From positions 99,264,001 through 99,328,000 of the forward strand of contig OZ076409.1 in assembly GCA_964187785.1 (NCBI GenBank): 64,000 nucleotides of DNA. The letters are read 5' to 3'. The DNA is from Amphiscolops sp. MND2022 (taxonomy: Eukaryota). The position numbers were made by a program, and so were the translations under genes. Positions 47,489 to 60,511 of this stretch are shown here, one piece after another. The notes beneath the pieces are model-generated. The model was given only the letters and a program-made list of their open reading frames with translations. It did not search any database and was not told the DNA's origin. Position 1 is the first letter of the stretch, and every line of letters starts with the position of its first letter.

Positions 47489-50400
47489 ATGAAGAAGCAG
47501 AAGTCGCCTCCTACTCAGGCACTCATGTCCATTTATGGATCTAAGAATAGAAATATAGTTGTTATTTTCCGCCCCCACAAATTTATTTGTTAATGGGGGG
47601 GGGAAATCATAATAATCTGTGTTGCATTTTTTTAAACCAATTCTGTCAAATCTCCACGATCTACACCCACTTCGTGTAGTACCTAATTTAGTGGCTTTGG
47701 CTCAGGTGGTAGTGCCTCTGCCTGGCAGACACGAGGTCGTGGGTTCGAACCCGTGCTGATGCGTTACATTTATAGTGTAGCATATCCGGGTGCGGCTCTT
47801 CTGTTTTCCCCCACCACCAATTTTTTTTTTGGAAAATTAGTGAAAATCTTATAGAAAATAGACTTGAATACAAACCAGAAAGCTTCAGTTTTAAATTTTC
47901 TCAGGGTGATAGTTTAGGATTTAGATACAAACTTTGCTCACACTTTTTCAATATGTAGTCACGCATTTTTGATGAAGAAATTAACAGCTTCCTGTTTTGA
48001 GTCATCAATAAACACTCAATACGAACATAATTATAGTCAAAATGTGTGAACAATGTTTTGTTCAAGCGGAAAACTAGTCTAATAGTGTGGAGACAACAAA
48101 ACAAAGGAAAAGACTTATTCGAAGAAATATTGAATGATATTGTCAAATATAATTTTCTGTTTTCCCCCCACCGCTAAATTTTTTTCCCGAAAATTAGTGA
48201 AAATCGTATAGCAAAAAGACTTGAATACAAACCAGAAAGCTTCAAATTTACATTTATTCTTAGTGTGACAGTGTAGGATTCAGATAAATACTTTGTTCAC
48301 CCTTTTTCAATATATAGTCACGCAATTTTGATTAAGAAATCAACAGCTTCCTGTTTTGAGTCATCAATAAACACTTAATACGAACATAATTATAGTCAAA
48401 ATGTGTGAACAATGTTTTGTTAAAGCGGAAAACTACTCTAATAGAAGTTAACTTCCTGTTATGAACGGTTTTATTTTTAATTAGGCTAGTTTTTAAGTTT
48501 TTAAGGAAAGCTATTTTCGAACATTTTGGTGGTGGGGGGTTTTCGACAGAAAAGAGCCCCATGTGCTTAGCGGGCGTCTTCTTGTTTATAAATTGGCGTG
48601 TTCGTTATAGTAGTTTTTTTTTCATTTTTGAATCTATAACGGATAAAAACAAAGAAAAATGAACGCTTTTGTCTTGTCCTCCTCTACCTGCAACGTGTTA
48701 ACAAGTCGGGAAAAGCCCAAGTCAGCGCCCCGCTTAAGACCCAAGACAGAGAAAGTATTTCTGTATCTGCTGAGGGACAATATTTGAGAAAAGTCTCGAA
48801 AATCTCACGGTTGTGAAATATGCCCAAAAGGGGAGGACTCTTAAGGCTCATAAGTTGTTTTTCGCTAACTGGAAACACCAAAAAAACCAATTGGTGAAAT
48901 GAAAAATCATTTGGAAAAAGTCTTACTGTGTGACCAATATGTGACCTATTAAGGCTCGAATTTTTTCCAAACGAAAAATATCAAAAACTGTGAATTGGCG
49001 GAAAAGTCAGACAAAAACGAAAAAAGGATTGTGTAATGAACGTTTGTTTTTGTACGCACCCACATTAAAAAAAACAAACTAGACCTTTTAAGTATTGAAG
49101 ACACTGAAAAACTGAAGACATTTAACTTAATCATTTTGCCCCCACCACCAATTTTTTTCTGGGACTTTTTAAAAGTATTAGGACAAAAAGGCTAAAAACC
49201 AAATCAGAAACCTTCAGTTTTGTATTGCATTTCAAGTGACACTTTAGGATCCAAATATGAACTTTCTGTTCACAGAATTCTCTTCATGAAGTCACGTATT
49301 CTTTATTAGGAAAACAAGGGCTTCCTTTTTGGAGTCACAAAAACAGTTATTTTTCAACATAATCAGGCAACATGAGTGAAAAATGTTTTGTTCCAACGAA
49401 AAACTGTTCCAATAGAAGGTAATTTCTTGTCATGGAAAAATCTCACTTCTCATTACAGTAAACCCTCGATTATCCGCCACTCGATTATCCACCATCTTTG
49501 GTCAACCGCCACAAATCTACGGGGACATTTTGCTATAACACCCGTGTCTAAGCTCCCTTGATTAACCGCCACTCTCACTTATCCGCCATAATTCGCGCTG
49601 GACCGATGGTGGCGGATAATCGAGGGTTTACTGTATGCTAGTTTGAAAATTTTGATGGGGGAGGGGGCTGAGAAAAGAACCCTTAACTTGACCAAAGAAC
49701 TGAAGTAGAGCCACTCGCTCTAAGGGGTTCATAAGCCTTCTCGTTTTTAAAAAATGTTTACAATCTCAAACTGTCGAAACTTGGCTGATGAAACCTTTCC
49801 GTCTATAGGCGTTTTTAGGCTTTATGTACAGTCAAACTCGGATAAAAGAAACTCAGAGGGCGGTAAGAAAAAGAGTTCGACCGTATATTGAATGGAAGCC
49901 AGTTGTAACCATTGTCCCTGTGCTTCCCGTTTGTTGATTCAACTTATTGCTTCATTGACACTTCTACTTTTTATATGATAATTTAGCTCTTTTCTGTTTT
50001 CTCTCCTACCATCAAATTTTTTCAAATGTAAAATTTCAAATTGTTTCAAACAGGCCGAATTGAATGTGAACTTTTTCCATAAGTGACTTCACAGGGAAAA
50101 ATAGTGTGAACTAAGATTATATTTGCATCCCAAACTGCCACCTTGAAATTGAAGGTTTTTGGCGCAGTTTTTAGCTTTTTATTGTAATATTTTCACTGAT
50201 TTTTCAAAAAAATTGGTTGTTGGTGGGACAGAAAAGAACTTTCACTTCAGAGTTTTGAAATAGCTTATTAGCCATTTAGCGGCCGCGCATGAAATTTTCA
50301 GCGATTTCTATAGCGATTCAAAATAACGGCAACAGCTATAAGAATGTTCGAAATCAATGTTGCTAAAAATATACACGAGGTTTCAAAAATGAATTTCGAA

Positions 50401-53400
50401 AAATACCTCTCCTAACCTGGTAAAATCAACTCAGTATGAAAAATTCCTGTCTTTTTTCTCGAAAAAAATGAATCTGAATTAAGTTACCGATTAATCTTTA
50501 AAAGATACTTGGAGTCGAACATTTTATAGCTTGAAGAAAAACCTTTTCAGCAAAATAGTGATTTCGAAATTAGCGGTTTAGCGAAAAAAAAATTGGCGAT
50601 GTCAAAACCCGGCTTCACTTCTAATTTTGAATTGTTAGTTTTCTTTCGCCCAAGTAGTTCAAGTAGTTGATTGGAGGAAGGACTTGAGTTTGTGTGGTTA
50701 GCCTGTGGCTGCTGCTCCTCACGTGGCTGTGCCCAAGCCTCAGACCCCTGTTGGAGGGCCCACCGAATCCCCCCGGGAGCCCCCGAGAGCCCTTGTGGAG
50801 GACCCCAACTTCTACAGCTATCAGCACTTGCAGGCACCACCCCGGCCGCCGCCGTTTTTTCTCAAGCAACTAAAAATCTTTGGCGTCCTAGCCGGGCAAT
50901 TTTTAGGAGTCGGAAAAACTTTCGACTACTTATGCAATTGTACGTTTTTCTCCCGACCTTTCAATGAAAATTTCTCGAAAACTGCCCATATGATATTTAT
51001 AAAATCTTGCAAACTTTCTACACCATATTAGAGTCCTATATATGCAATGACATCGAAATCGTATGACTGGGATCTGAGAAACAGCCAAAATTAATCCAAA
51101 AATGACCAAAAACTTATTTTTGAACTTTTTCTAGATTTTCTCAAAAACTCCATACGATACAACGAAATTTTCTACCGTCTTTCTACTCCATATGATTGTC
51201 CTTTGTGTGCAATGGCATCAAAATCGTATGACTGGGATGTGAGAAACATAGCCAAAATTAGTCCAAAACTGATCAAAACGGCCAATTTTGGACTTTTTCG
51301 ATTTTCTCAAATACTCTTTACTGTTTGAAAGAACTTTGACGGAGTCTTTCTACACCATATACGGTCATTCTACTCCATATTAGGGTCCTAAGTGTGCAAT
51401 TTCATCAAAATCGTATGACTGGGATTCGAGCGAGTCAGATCGAAAAATCCTAATCCGACTCTTTTACCGCACATGCGGCTCTGCTTTATAAATTTACTTC
51501 AAACCTATAACAGCTGTTGAACAATTGGACAGCTGTATGAAACTATTGAACATCGGCTAGAAAAATTTTTGAAATTTATACAGTTCGTTGCTATCCGTCC
51601 CGCTTGTATGATATTCTCCGAAGAAATGGAAATGGTGTAGCAGAAATACTGGCCGATTAACGCCCAGCAGAAAACGAGAACACAAAATTGTGTCACCTGT
51701 GTCACTCAATAAATTTGGTTGACGAAAAATTTCGGATTAAACTCAGAGCTTTCCTAGTTTCCAATTGGCTATGAAAATGATTTGCACTGCTGGTTTTTGC
51801 CACCAAACCTCGTTAGGGGGGTTGGTTGGTTATTCGCCAAACTTGCCAAAGAAATTGGCGCTGCTTGCTTTCCCGAATCAAAACCGAAGAGGATGTGGCA
51901 AAAAATGGGAAGTTCGTTTGTTAGTTCGTGTTTTTTTGGAAAACGCTACTGATATTCAGCTAGTGGAGTTCTTGCATTTGGCCCCTCGATTTGAAATCAG
52001 AATAAAGAAGCTTCTACGAGAGGACTTGTTCGTATCAGAGTTTTAACAAAACGGGAACGTCTCAAGTCGGCGCCCACTGAAGGCTCAAAAAGCTCAGTTT
52101 TTCAAATATGCTCATGACTTTAAATGAAAAATCACATAAAAGCATCGAAACACTCATAGTTTTCGCGCTGGGACGAATGGGTTCGCTTGCTTTCGAACCC
52201 CCGCCTCTTTTTCCCGCTTTAATAAAACGCAATATAGTTCGGATATAACGCAAAATTCGCATAGGGTTGAAAAAATAATGGGTGGATTTATATTGAGAAA
52301 ACCTAATTTCAGACGAAAATGAGAATTTGGGCTTTTTAACATCCAATTCGTTGCAAAATATCGAAAAATTGAAGGGGTAGCCTTTGGAGACTTTAAAAAA
52401 TTTTCGAAAAGTCTCACAGCGCCGAAAAAGCTGAAAGGAGGTCCCTTTACTCTCGTCCGGTTTTGAAAATGCACGAACAAGTTTCCGGCTGAAGCAGCGA
52501 CTCGAACCATAAAGATTAATTATCTGTGTGTGTGAATGTTTAAGTAAGAAGTTGAGTGAGCGCCGGTTGTGGTGGCGGTGTTATTGGTGGATATATATCG
52601 AAAACCTAATATCAGTAATATCAGACAAAAATGAGACTTTTGAAACTGTCTCATAGTGCCGAAAATGTAAAAGGGCCGTGTTTGTGCTTTTCAACATCCA
52701 ATTTGTTGCAAAATATAAAAAAAATTGAAAGAGGAGACATTGTAAAATTGTCAAAAAAAGTCTCACATTAATTGTTAATTGGTATGAATGTGTAAGAAGT
52801 GAGTGAGCGCCCGTGGTGGTGTGTGGTATTGTGAAGGAGAGTCTGAGTAACCTGGAGAGGTGTGCGGTGCAGATGCTGAGCGAGATGAAGGCGCTGATCA
52901 ACATGCTGCCCAAGATCCTCGTCTGGCACATGCAGCCCAAGGAAGCCACCGACTCAAACTACATCAAACTCGGTCAGTGGGTCAGGGCAGGTCAGGTCGG
53001 GTCACTTGTACCCCTCAGTTAAGACCCTTTACTCCACACAACTATGATATATACCAAAGATCACTTGGTGTATCTCCCCTCAAATGATTCAGTGTCGGGT
53101 CAGGTCAGGTCACTTGTACCCCTCAGTTATTAAGTCACCCCACAAATGATTCATTGGGTCAGGTCAACTGTGCCCCTCAGTTAAGACCCTTTACTCCACA
53201 CAACTATGATATATACCAAAGATCACTTGGTGTATCTCCCCTCAAATGATTCAGTGTCGGGTCAGGTCAGGTCACTTGTACCCCTCAGTTATTAAGTCAC
53301 CCCACAAATGATTCATTGGGTCAGGTCAACTGTACCCCTCAGTTAAGACCCTTTACTCCACACAACTATGATATATACCAAAGATCACTTGGTGTATCTC

Positions 53401-56400
53401 CCCTCAAATGATTCAGTGTCGAGTCAGGTCAGGTCACTTGTACCCCTCAGTTATTAAGTCACCCCACAAATGATTCATTGGGTCAGGTCAACTGTACCCC
53501 TCAGTTAAGACCCTTTACTCCACACAACTATGATATATACCAAAGATCACTTGGTGTATCTCCCCTCAAATGATTCAGTGTCGGGTCAGGTCAGGTCACT
53601 TGTACCCCTCAGCAGCTTAGCTCATTAAGTGATAGAACCCCACAAATGATAGAACCCAACCCCCTTCTCAGCCGGTCTAATCTTGTACCTGTTTTTAGTC
53701 GGCGCCTTTTCCCTTGAGGAAAAAAAGCCCGACTATTACAGTGGGTAGTTTTTTTTCTTTTTCAGCTGACAATCTCACTGAATGGTCCACTTTTTTACAA
53801 TTTTTTGTTCATTTGTTCAACTAATTTTCTGAGAAGCAGGAGATCGTGGGTTCGATTCTCGCACTACACCGCAAATTTTTTATGCTTCCAAAAGTAGATG
53901 CGAGACCAAAGGTTTTTTCGTTTGGTTTTTTTTCGGCACTATGCGACTTTTTTTCGAAAATTTTCGGATTCTATCAAAGGGTACCCCTTGTATTTTTTTG
54001 AAAGTTTTCGGTTTGTAATAACGTTTAATGAGCCTGAATGGCCTCTTTTTGAGTTTTTCGGCATTGTGCGACTTTTTTTGCACATGAAGTCAATGTGCAT
54101 TGCAGTCCAGCTAAGTAAGTTTTTTTCCACTATAGTCAACTTCATAATGAGCGCCTTTTAGAAAAACCCCAGAGATTCGAACCTGCAGCCTCCCGATTGC
54201 ACGGCATAAGTGTTGACCACTGTGCCATAGGGACGTTATTGAACAAAGTTGAACTGTTGAATATATATGCGATTAAAATAATATATATACGCATATTAAA
54301 ATAATCGATGTCTTCGTCATGTGTTGCGAAGCACCGCTTCGCCTCTGTGTAAAAAAATACTATTTTTGAAAAAAAAATTCCAAAAAATTTTTTTGAAGAA
54401 ATATTTTTTTCCAAATGTTTCCAATAGTTGTTCCTTGAATATTTTTGAGCCTTAGACATGGCGCCGACTTTAGACGTTCCCGTCTTGTTCATGTTGACCC
54501 TCTTCTTGTACAAACAAGCCGGCCGGGAACGGCCCAAGTCGCCCCCCCCCCCGTTCGAGGCTCTGACAGAACAGAGTATTTTGATTATGTTCTGGCTGTT
54601 TCTCAGGAACAAATCAAAAGTTTCTATGCCGAAAAGGTTTAATTTTGTTTACTCGGTGGGCACTTTTGAAAAAAAAAATAGAAAAACTTGAAAAAAGTTG
54701 CATACTGGCGAGAAAAATCCCATAAGAGGGGACAAAGCTTATTTCAGATATAAAAGTAGAAAAATCAAAAGGACCCTTTTAGCCCTCGTAAGATCTTTTG
54801 TGCACTGTAGAACTTTTATTGATCTTTTCAAAAACTGTCGAAAAGCATCTGCAGTAGTCGATTTATAGCTCAGATGGGTGCCGACTTAAACCAATAAGGG
54901 CGTGTTTGTTGTAAAGTTGTGTGTTCTTTGTGAAAACGCTTCTATTTCACTACTTTCGAAAAAATTATAATAGTTGATTTATCCTGATACTCCAGTTGTA
55001 GGTAATTTACGTTCTTGATACCACAGCTCAAGGTAAATTTTTTGCTTTTCCAAATAAAAGCCAGATGAAAATTCATATGCACCAATAAAAACTCCATAAA
55101 TGCTACCGCTGTCAAATTATTGTGTCCCTTTTCCCCAATATCGTTTCCACATTTGTGAAAAAGCTTGCAATGTTGGTTTTCCGTCAGTTCCATCATGAAA
55201 ATCTCAATTACAACGATCAAGAAAATTGCAAAAACAAAATTTCACAGATTATTGGCATAAATTTGACCAAGAGTGTTGAAAATTTTGAAAAGTCAATGTT
55301 TTGAATTTCTGATAACGCGAGACTTGCCAATTAGAGTTGTAACCGGATAGTAAATAGATATTTAGAAAAAATGTCGCATAGTGCCGAAACCCCTAAGGAG
55401 CCCTCTATGTTTGCAGAACGTTTTGTTTCTAGTAAAAGTCGAGGGGGCTTCGATAAAAACAAATTAGAACTAAGTCGCCTTGAAAAACGCCTAAAATAAT
55501 CGAATATAGTGTGCTGGTTCTCTGAGAAAATGAATAATCATTTTGAAAATTCTCACAATGCCGAAAACTGTAAAAGGGAGGACAAATCAAAAAGTTTGAA
55601 GGGCATCATTTAAAAATTTTCGAAAAAAAAGTCTCAAGCCGAAAAGGGCGGGGGAAAGTCTCATAGTGCCGAAAAAAAATTGGAAGGGGGGGTATGCTTT
55701 GCAATGGTTTTGTATTTCATGTTAGAGGCTTTGGATGCGTTCAAAGTCAAGTACTAAGTTGGTAAAAGTAAGTTCTTTTGGTAAGTTCTCTTTGGTGAAA
55801 GTGCACAGTGCCCAAAAAGGTACATTCAGGGTGAGCTCTGTGGTCTGACAAAAAACTGGCCACTCTAAGAGTCAGGCACTTTTTGTCAAAAAGCGCCGGC
55901 TGAAAACAACTGGAACGGGGCAACCATTCTGTTAATTATGCAACCACGCCGTTAATTCACCATTTCTGAAAACACTTTTTCTTCAACTCAACCATTTTCA
56001 AGCAAAATACCCGGTCACTTTTTTCTAACCAGATGCCGAACATTTGATATTAACCGGATTACGATACAACTCTTCCTAAAATTTGCGTCATATGTTGACG
56101 GATTCCTCAAAATGCGTTGAGTTCGTTTGTGCAAAGTGTCAGTGTTTCAGTTGGAAATGTGTACCTGGCTGTTTAGTGCGAGAGATGTTGGAGTCTTACC
56201 AAGAGGGTCTGGGTCTCATTCTGATTGGCTTCTTCAACAAGAGAAGAGTCTTTCTCATCCGTCTCTACTCCAAATACAACAAGGAGGCCCCTGCCAGTGT
56301 ACTACAAACCAACTTTCCAGGCTCCAAAGAACTGGCTGACCATCCGGATCTGTTCACACTCATCCAATCTGCCTTCCAGAGATGTGTCTCCATGTCTGGC

Positions 56401-59400
56401 TCTTTGCGCACCAGTCAAGACACCCGGGAGTCAATAGCCCCTGGAAAGGAGTTTTTCGATTCCCTGGAAAAGTACCAAGCTTCTAAAAGCCAGTTGTCTG
56501 AAATGGGTTAGTGATTTATTAAATTTTCATCTAGTTTTGGAGAATTTTTAGTACCGAGGAAACATTTTTTCCGAAGCAGCGTTAGATGTAGCAGTGTACT
56601 GATTTTTCTTCAACGTCAAAATACCCAAAATTTTCACTGCTAGAAATTTTTTCTCGAGTTTTTGATTTGTTGTTTTCAGCTAATGTTTTCCAGAAAGTTA
56701 TCCTCAGAATCATTTGAATGGAACCAATATTAGCGTTTTGCTTTTATTGTCTAGGAAGACGGCCCAGAAGTGATTATAAATGAATGTGTCAATGTTGATA
56801 ATTCTTAAAAGATTTTACTCTAGAAGTTTTCGTTAAATTTCGACAAAGACCTTGAGTTTGATTCATTGTTGAGGATGAGATGTCTACGATCGCAGGCAAA
56901 AATTGCACTGGGGCTTTGCAGCGCAGTTGCCGGAAAAATCCCTTCAGCAATTAGCTAAGATACAGTTCGAATACAGTAAGAATTTCGTTGTCAAGTAGAA
57001 TGTCAGTGATAGAATCCAATTCCGATTTGAAAAAGATTGCTCTCATTATTCCCTTCACTCTTTTGATCTTTCCGAAAACTGTTTTAGTCGCTGAACCGTA
57101 GATCAGTAAGCTATTTCTTGTAATCGATTTCGCGAACGAGTGGTAAAAAAAAACAGATACTTGCGTGGATACAAGTGGCGGCAACTGTATGATAGGCCAC
57201 AGAACTTCAGTTTTTAACGACGTAATCGATGCGCTCGTTGAACCGCTTTGATTTGTCTAGATGAACGACCAAATTCTTACAGGGCGTTTTGTAATTCTGT
57301 GGCGTTGAATTTCCCGATCCAAAAAACATCAATTGTCACTTATCTGCATTAACAGTTAACTTCTTAGCGACTAACAAGTCCGAAACCTCATCTATCGTTT
57401 GTCAAAATTTTTGAACATTTCTGGTTTCCAACCAAAGTTTTTCTGAACAATATTTACGCCTAAAATTTTGTAAGCGAAGCCGATTTCCGCGTTTTGCTTT
57501 TTTTGTCTGGACGTATGGTCCCGAAGTGACAATTTGACGCTTTTCTAAAGCTTTTTTTCTTTAGTATTGGTCTCAATCGAATAATAACTACCTTCAGATT
57601 GATTTAATTGGAACCGATTTATGAGATTCTTCCATTCATTTCTGGAAGTATAGATACATGTTGCAACGGTGAATCTTAGGTTGTTGCGTCCCTGACTATA
57701 TCCACACTTTGTAATTAGAAGCATGGCTTTTCCTTTTTGTAGATTAAAAAAATCTGGAAAGTCCATTTCCCAATTGTTTTCAATAATTTTCCACGTTGAA
57801 ATGTTTCAATAAATAAAGTATTTTTTCAGTGCAAGAAAAAGTAATTTGTCGGTTTTGAAAAGTTTTGCTGTAATTTAGGTGAAGCCTGTTTTTTAGTCGG
57901 CGATTTTATATAATAAAAGCCCGACTATTACAGTCGCTCGTTTTTTTCTTTTTCAATCTCGAAATGCGACGAAATTTTTGGTCAACTCGGCAACCGCATC
58001 AAAGTTATTGAAAAGGGTCCTTTGGTTTCTTACTTTTTAACAGTAACATACAAACAAAATCGGACGAGACAAGGGTCCCCTTTCAAATTTTTTGGCGCTG
58101 TTAGACTTTTTTTGAATTTTTTTTTGTCTTCAAAGGGTCCCCCTTCGATTTTATTGGAGTCCCCCTCGTAATATCCGGAGCAAAGTGCTATATCCGAACG
58201 TTTGACGTTATATCCGAACTTTATTGCGTTTTAGTAAGGAAGAGGAATATTTCAAAAACTGCGCTTTTTGAGCCTTAGATATAGCGCCGACCTAAGACGT
58301 TCCCGTCTTGTTCTCTTATGGAAGTAGACACGTGCATGTTGTAAATTGTTGCAGGAGTGAAGTTGTCGGAGGCGGCTCTCAAATTGGGCAGGAGTGCTGC
58401 TGAGTTAGATGACCACAATCAGCCGATCGTCATTGGGGGTCAGTACTCCTTCCTTGGCAACATTGCGAAGATCATGGGATCATTTGCTAATAAAACGAGT
58501 TGCCTCTCCAGAGTCGAATTATTTGGAATCGAAAATTGCAACAAATTATTCAGAGTCTAATTATTTAGAATCGGATTGTACAGGATCGAAAATGATAATT
58601 TTCTCAAAAACTCCATACGATTCAAACTATTTTTTTTACAGTCATTCTACGCCATATGAAGGTCCTCTGTGTGCAATGATATAGAAATGGTATGGCTGGG
58701 ATCGGAGAAACATAGCCAAATTTAGCCCAAAAATGACAAATGACAATAAAATAGGTAATTTGCTTTTCAATATTTCAATCCGTATCCGACTCTACCGCAC
58801 ATGCGGCCCTGGTTATTATTGAACTTTGAAGTTAATGGTTATTTTAGCCTAATGAATAAATTTTACTGTGTCCTGCGGGGGTCTAATTGTCCCTGATTCG
58901 CCTGGGGTCTTTCATTTCAATAGTTTTGGGTAATTATCTATGAAGAAGCCGGAAAAGCGTTATCAAAACAGGCTTATATATTAGCATATTTCGTTTTCGA
59001 AATGTACGAAAATGAAGACGACCTGAAATATTAATTATACAGCGACTATGGCAAATTAGGATTAATTGACCAGGATTCGTTTTGGTCGAAATTGTGGGTA
59101 GCCGTTCGTATTACCGAACGAGCTTTAAGACGAACAAATATAAAGCCGACCTCAAACCTGATTGAGCGACGAAATAAGCAAATTAACGCCTTGACTTTGA
59201 TTTTCTCTGACCGGTTTTAATGTTACATAATCATTCGACGTTTATTCAACAATGTTCCACCATTCAAAGCGCAGTGTGGAACGTAGCGACCAATTATAAT
59301 TAAGTATTCGATTCGGTTCTGCTATAAAATTACTCTGCATTATCACTGTTCGGCTATTCAACCTACCACCAAAATTGTGAGCGGGTTATAAACTTTATAA

Positions 59401-60511
59401 TTTTCAAAAATTTCTGTAATTTGTAAAAATCAATTTAAAAAAGGGACCATGTGTTCAATTTACCCCAGAAATTTTGGTCAATAAAATAATTGATATCGAC
59501 ATAATCCTATCCATTACACTGACTGTCAGTTAAAAGTTGCTCATTAGATTTTATCACGGAGAAAATGCATTGAAATAAGGGTCAATTTATACGATTTTAG
59601 TTTGAATTTCTGCTATTTTGGACAATATTATCAAAAAATTAGGGTAAGTTTTTGCCTGAAGTGTCCAAACAGTTGTAGAGACAATCCTCCAAGTATTTAC
59701 ATTCATATAATATTCTCTAATTAGTGAAATATTTTTATTCAAGAACAAAATGTGCTTTCGTGTTGGGGGGGGGGGGTGAATTCGCAACAAGGTGTACCTG
59801 GGGGGGGGGGGGGGGAGGATTGAACACATGATCCTAAAAAGTATTTGTAAGGGTTTATATTTGTCATGAGATTGCACTGATGGTAAATGTGGCACCCAGA
59901 GTTTTGACACCGCTAATCAGCGAATTAGCGGCCGCGCAGAATTTTTTCAGCGATTTCATTAGCGATTCAAATTAGCGGCAACTAATATGTTGTCCAAATT
60001 CAAAATTTCTTCAGAGTATACACGGAGTTTCAAAATGAATTTCGAAAAAGTCCAACTCTCACCCTTGTAAAACCCACACAATATTAAAAATTCTAGTGTT
60101 AAAAATTAGAAATTTCTTGCAAAAAACTGAATTAAGTCTTTTTAAAACATGCTTGAAGTCAAACATTTAATAGTTTGTGGAAAAATTTTTTCAGCGAAAT
60201 AGCGATTTTCAAATTAGCGGTTTAGCGATTAGCGAAAAAAATAGCGATGTCAAAACCCTGGAGGCACCTTGTGTGTAGGTGGCCCCATGAAGTCGCCGCG
60301 GAAGAAACGGGGCACCGTCAAGGGCAAGCGGACGAGGAGGAGGAGCAAGAAGGCGGCGACGGCGGTGGCCCCTCCGGATGTGGGCGGCCAGCCCCCCGAG
60401 GGGTGGGTGGAGCACGAGACCACAGTGGCACTGCACGAGGCCCAAGACCACTACGACCGCTTCATCAGCTGCATGCAGAAGTGTCTGCTCTCAGTCGTCG
60501 ATTGCATACAG
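47489..60511 (+). CDS. Unidentified multi-exon protein-coding gene, 5' part (3' end not found in the window)
   Basis: Candidate exons 47489-47518 (MKKQKSPPTQ; least certain), 50702-50833, 52837-52972, 56177-56506, 58355-58438 and 60279 to about 60511. Phases chain consistently (0,0,1,1,1); exons are GC-rich islands among repeats. Contains a basic NLS-like stretch PRKKRGTVKGKRTRRRSKK. No family recognised. Confidence 0.7.
47691..47765 (+). repeat. tRNA-derived segment (Pol III A/B boxes) within an interspersed repeat
   Basis: TGGCTCAGGTGG (A box) and GGTTCGAACCC (B box); acceptor and anticodon stems do not pair well, so not called a tRNA. Confidence 0.65.
49456..49633. mobile_element. Tc1/mariner (pogo/Tigger-like) MITE
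   Basis: TIR CAGTAAACCCTCGATTATCCGCCAC / GTGGCGGATAATCGAGGGTTTACTG flanked by a TA duplication. Confidence 0.9.
50900..51490 (+). mobile_element. HINE-like family 3 element with internal tandem repeats
   Basis: 5' TTTTAGGAGTCGGAAAAACTTTCGACT; 3' TCCGACTC...CCGCACATGCGG hairpin; about three internal units containing AAATCGTATGACTGGGAT; partial copy at about 58595-58815. Confidence 0.7.
52990..53613 (+). repeat. 162-bp tandem repeat, about 3.8 near-identical copies
   Basis: AAGACCCTTT recurs at 53021, 53183, 53345 and 53507; each unit comprises two related subunits (GGTCAGGTCA...TGTACCCCTCAGTTA...CAAATGATTCA). Confidence 0.95.
54160..54238 (-). repeat. tRNA-derived segment (SINE-like head) inside a family 1 element
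   Basis: Minus strand reads GTCCCTATGGCACAGTGGTC...TGCA...GCAGGTTCGAATCTC with A and B boxes; cloverleaf degenerate. Confidence 0.6.
56880..57400 (-). mobile_element. Decayed LINE (CR1/L2-like) ORF2 fragment
   Basis: Minus-strand CKNLVVHLDKSKRFNERIDYVVKKL and FYHSFAKSIT...LIYGSATKT...MRAIFFK, typical of the late RT and post-RT region. Confidence 0.7.
59897..60260. mobile_element. hAT-like MITE ending 18 nt before an exon
   Basis: TIR CAGAGTTTTGACACCGCTA / TAGCGATGTCAAAACCCTG; TSD GTGGCACC / GAGGCACC; same family at about 26190-26505 and 50245-50612. Confidence 0.85.

Noticed and set aside
47691..47765. Functional tRNA gene
   Set aside because: A/B boxes are present but acceptor and anticodon stems do not pair, and it is embedded in a repeat.
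52990..53613. Possible CRISPR array
   Set aside because: Whole 162-bp units repeat with no unique spacers; eukaryotic context and no cas genes.
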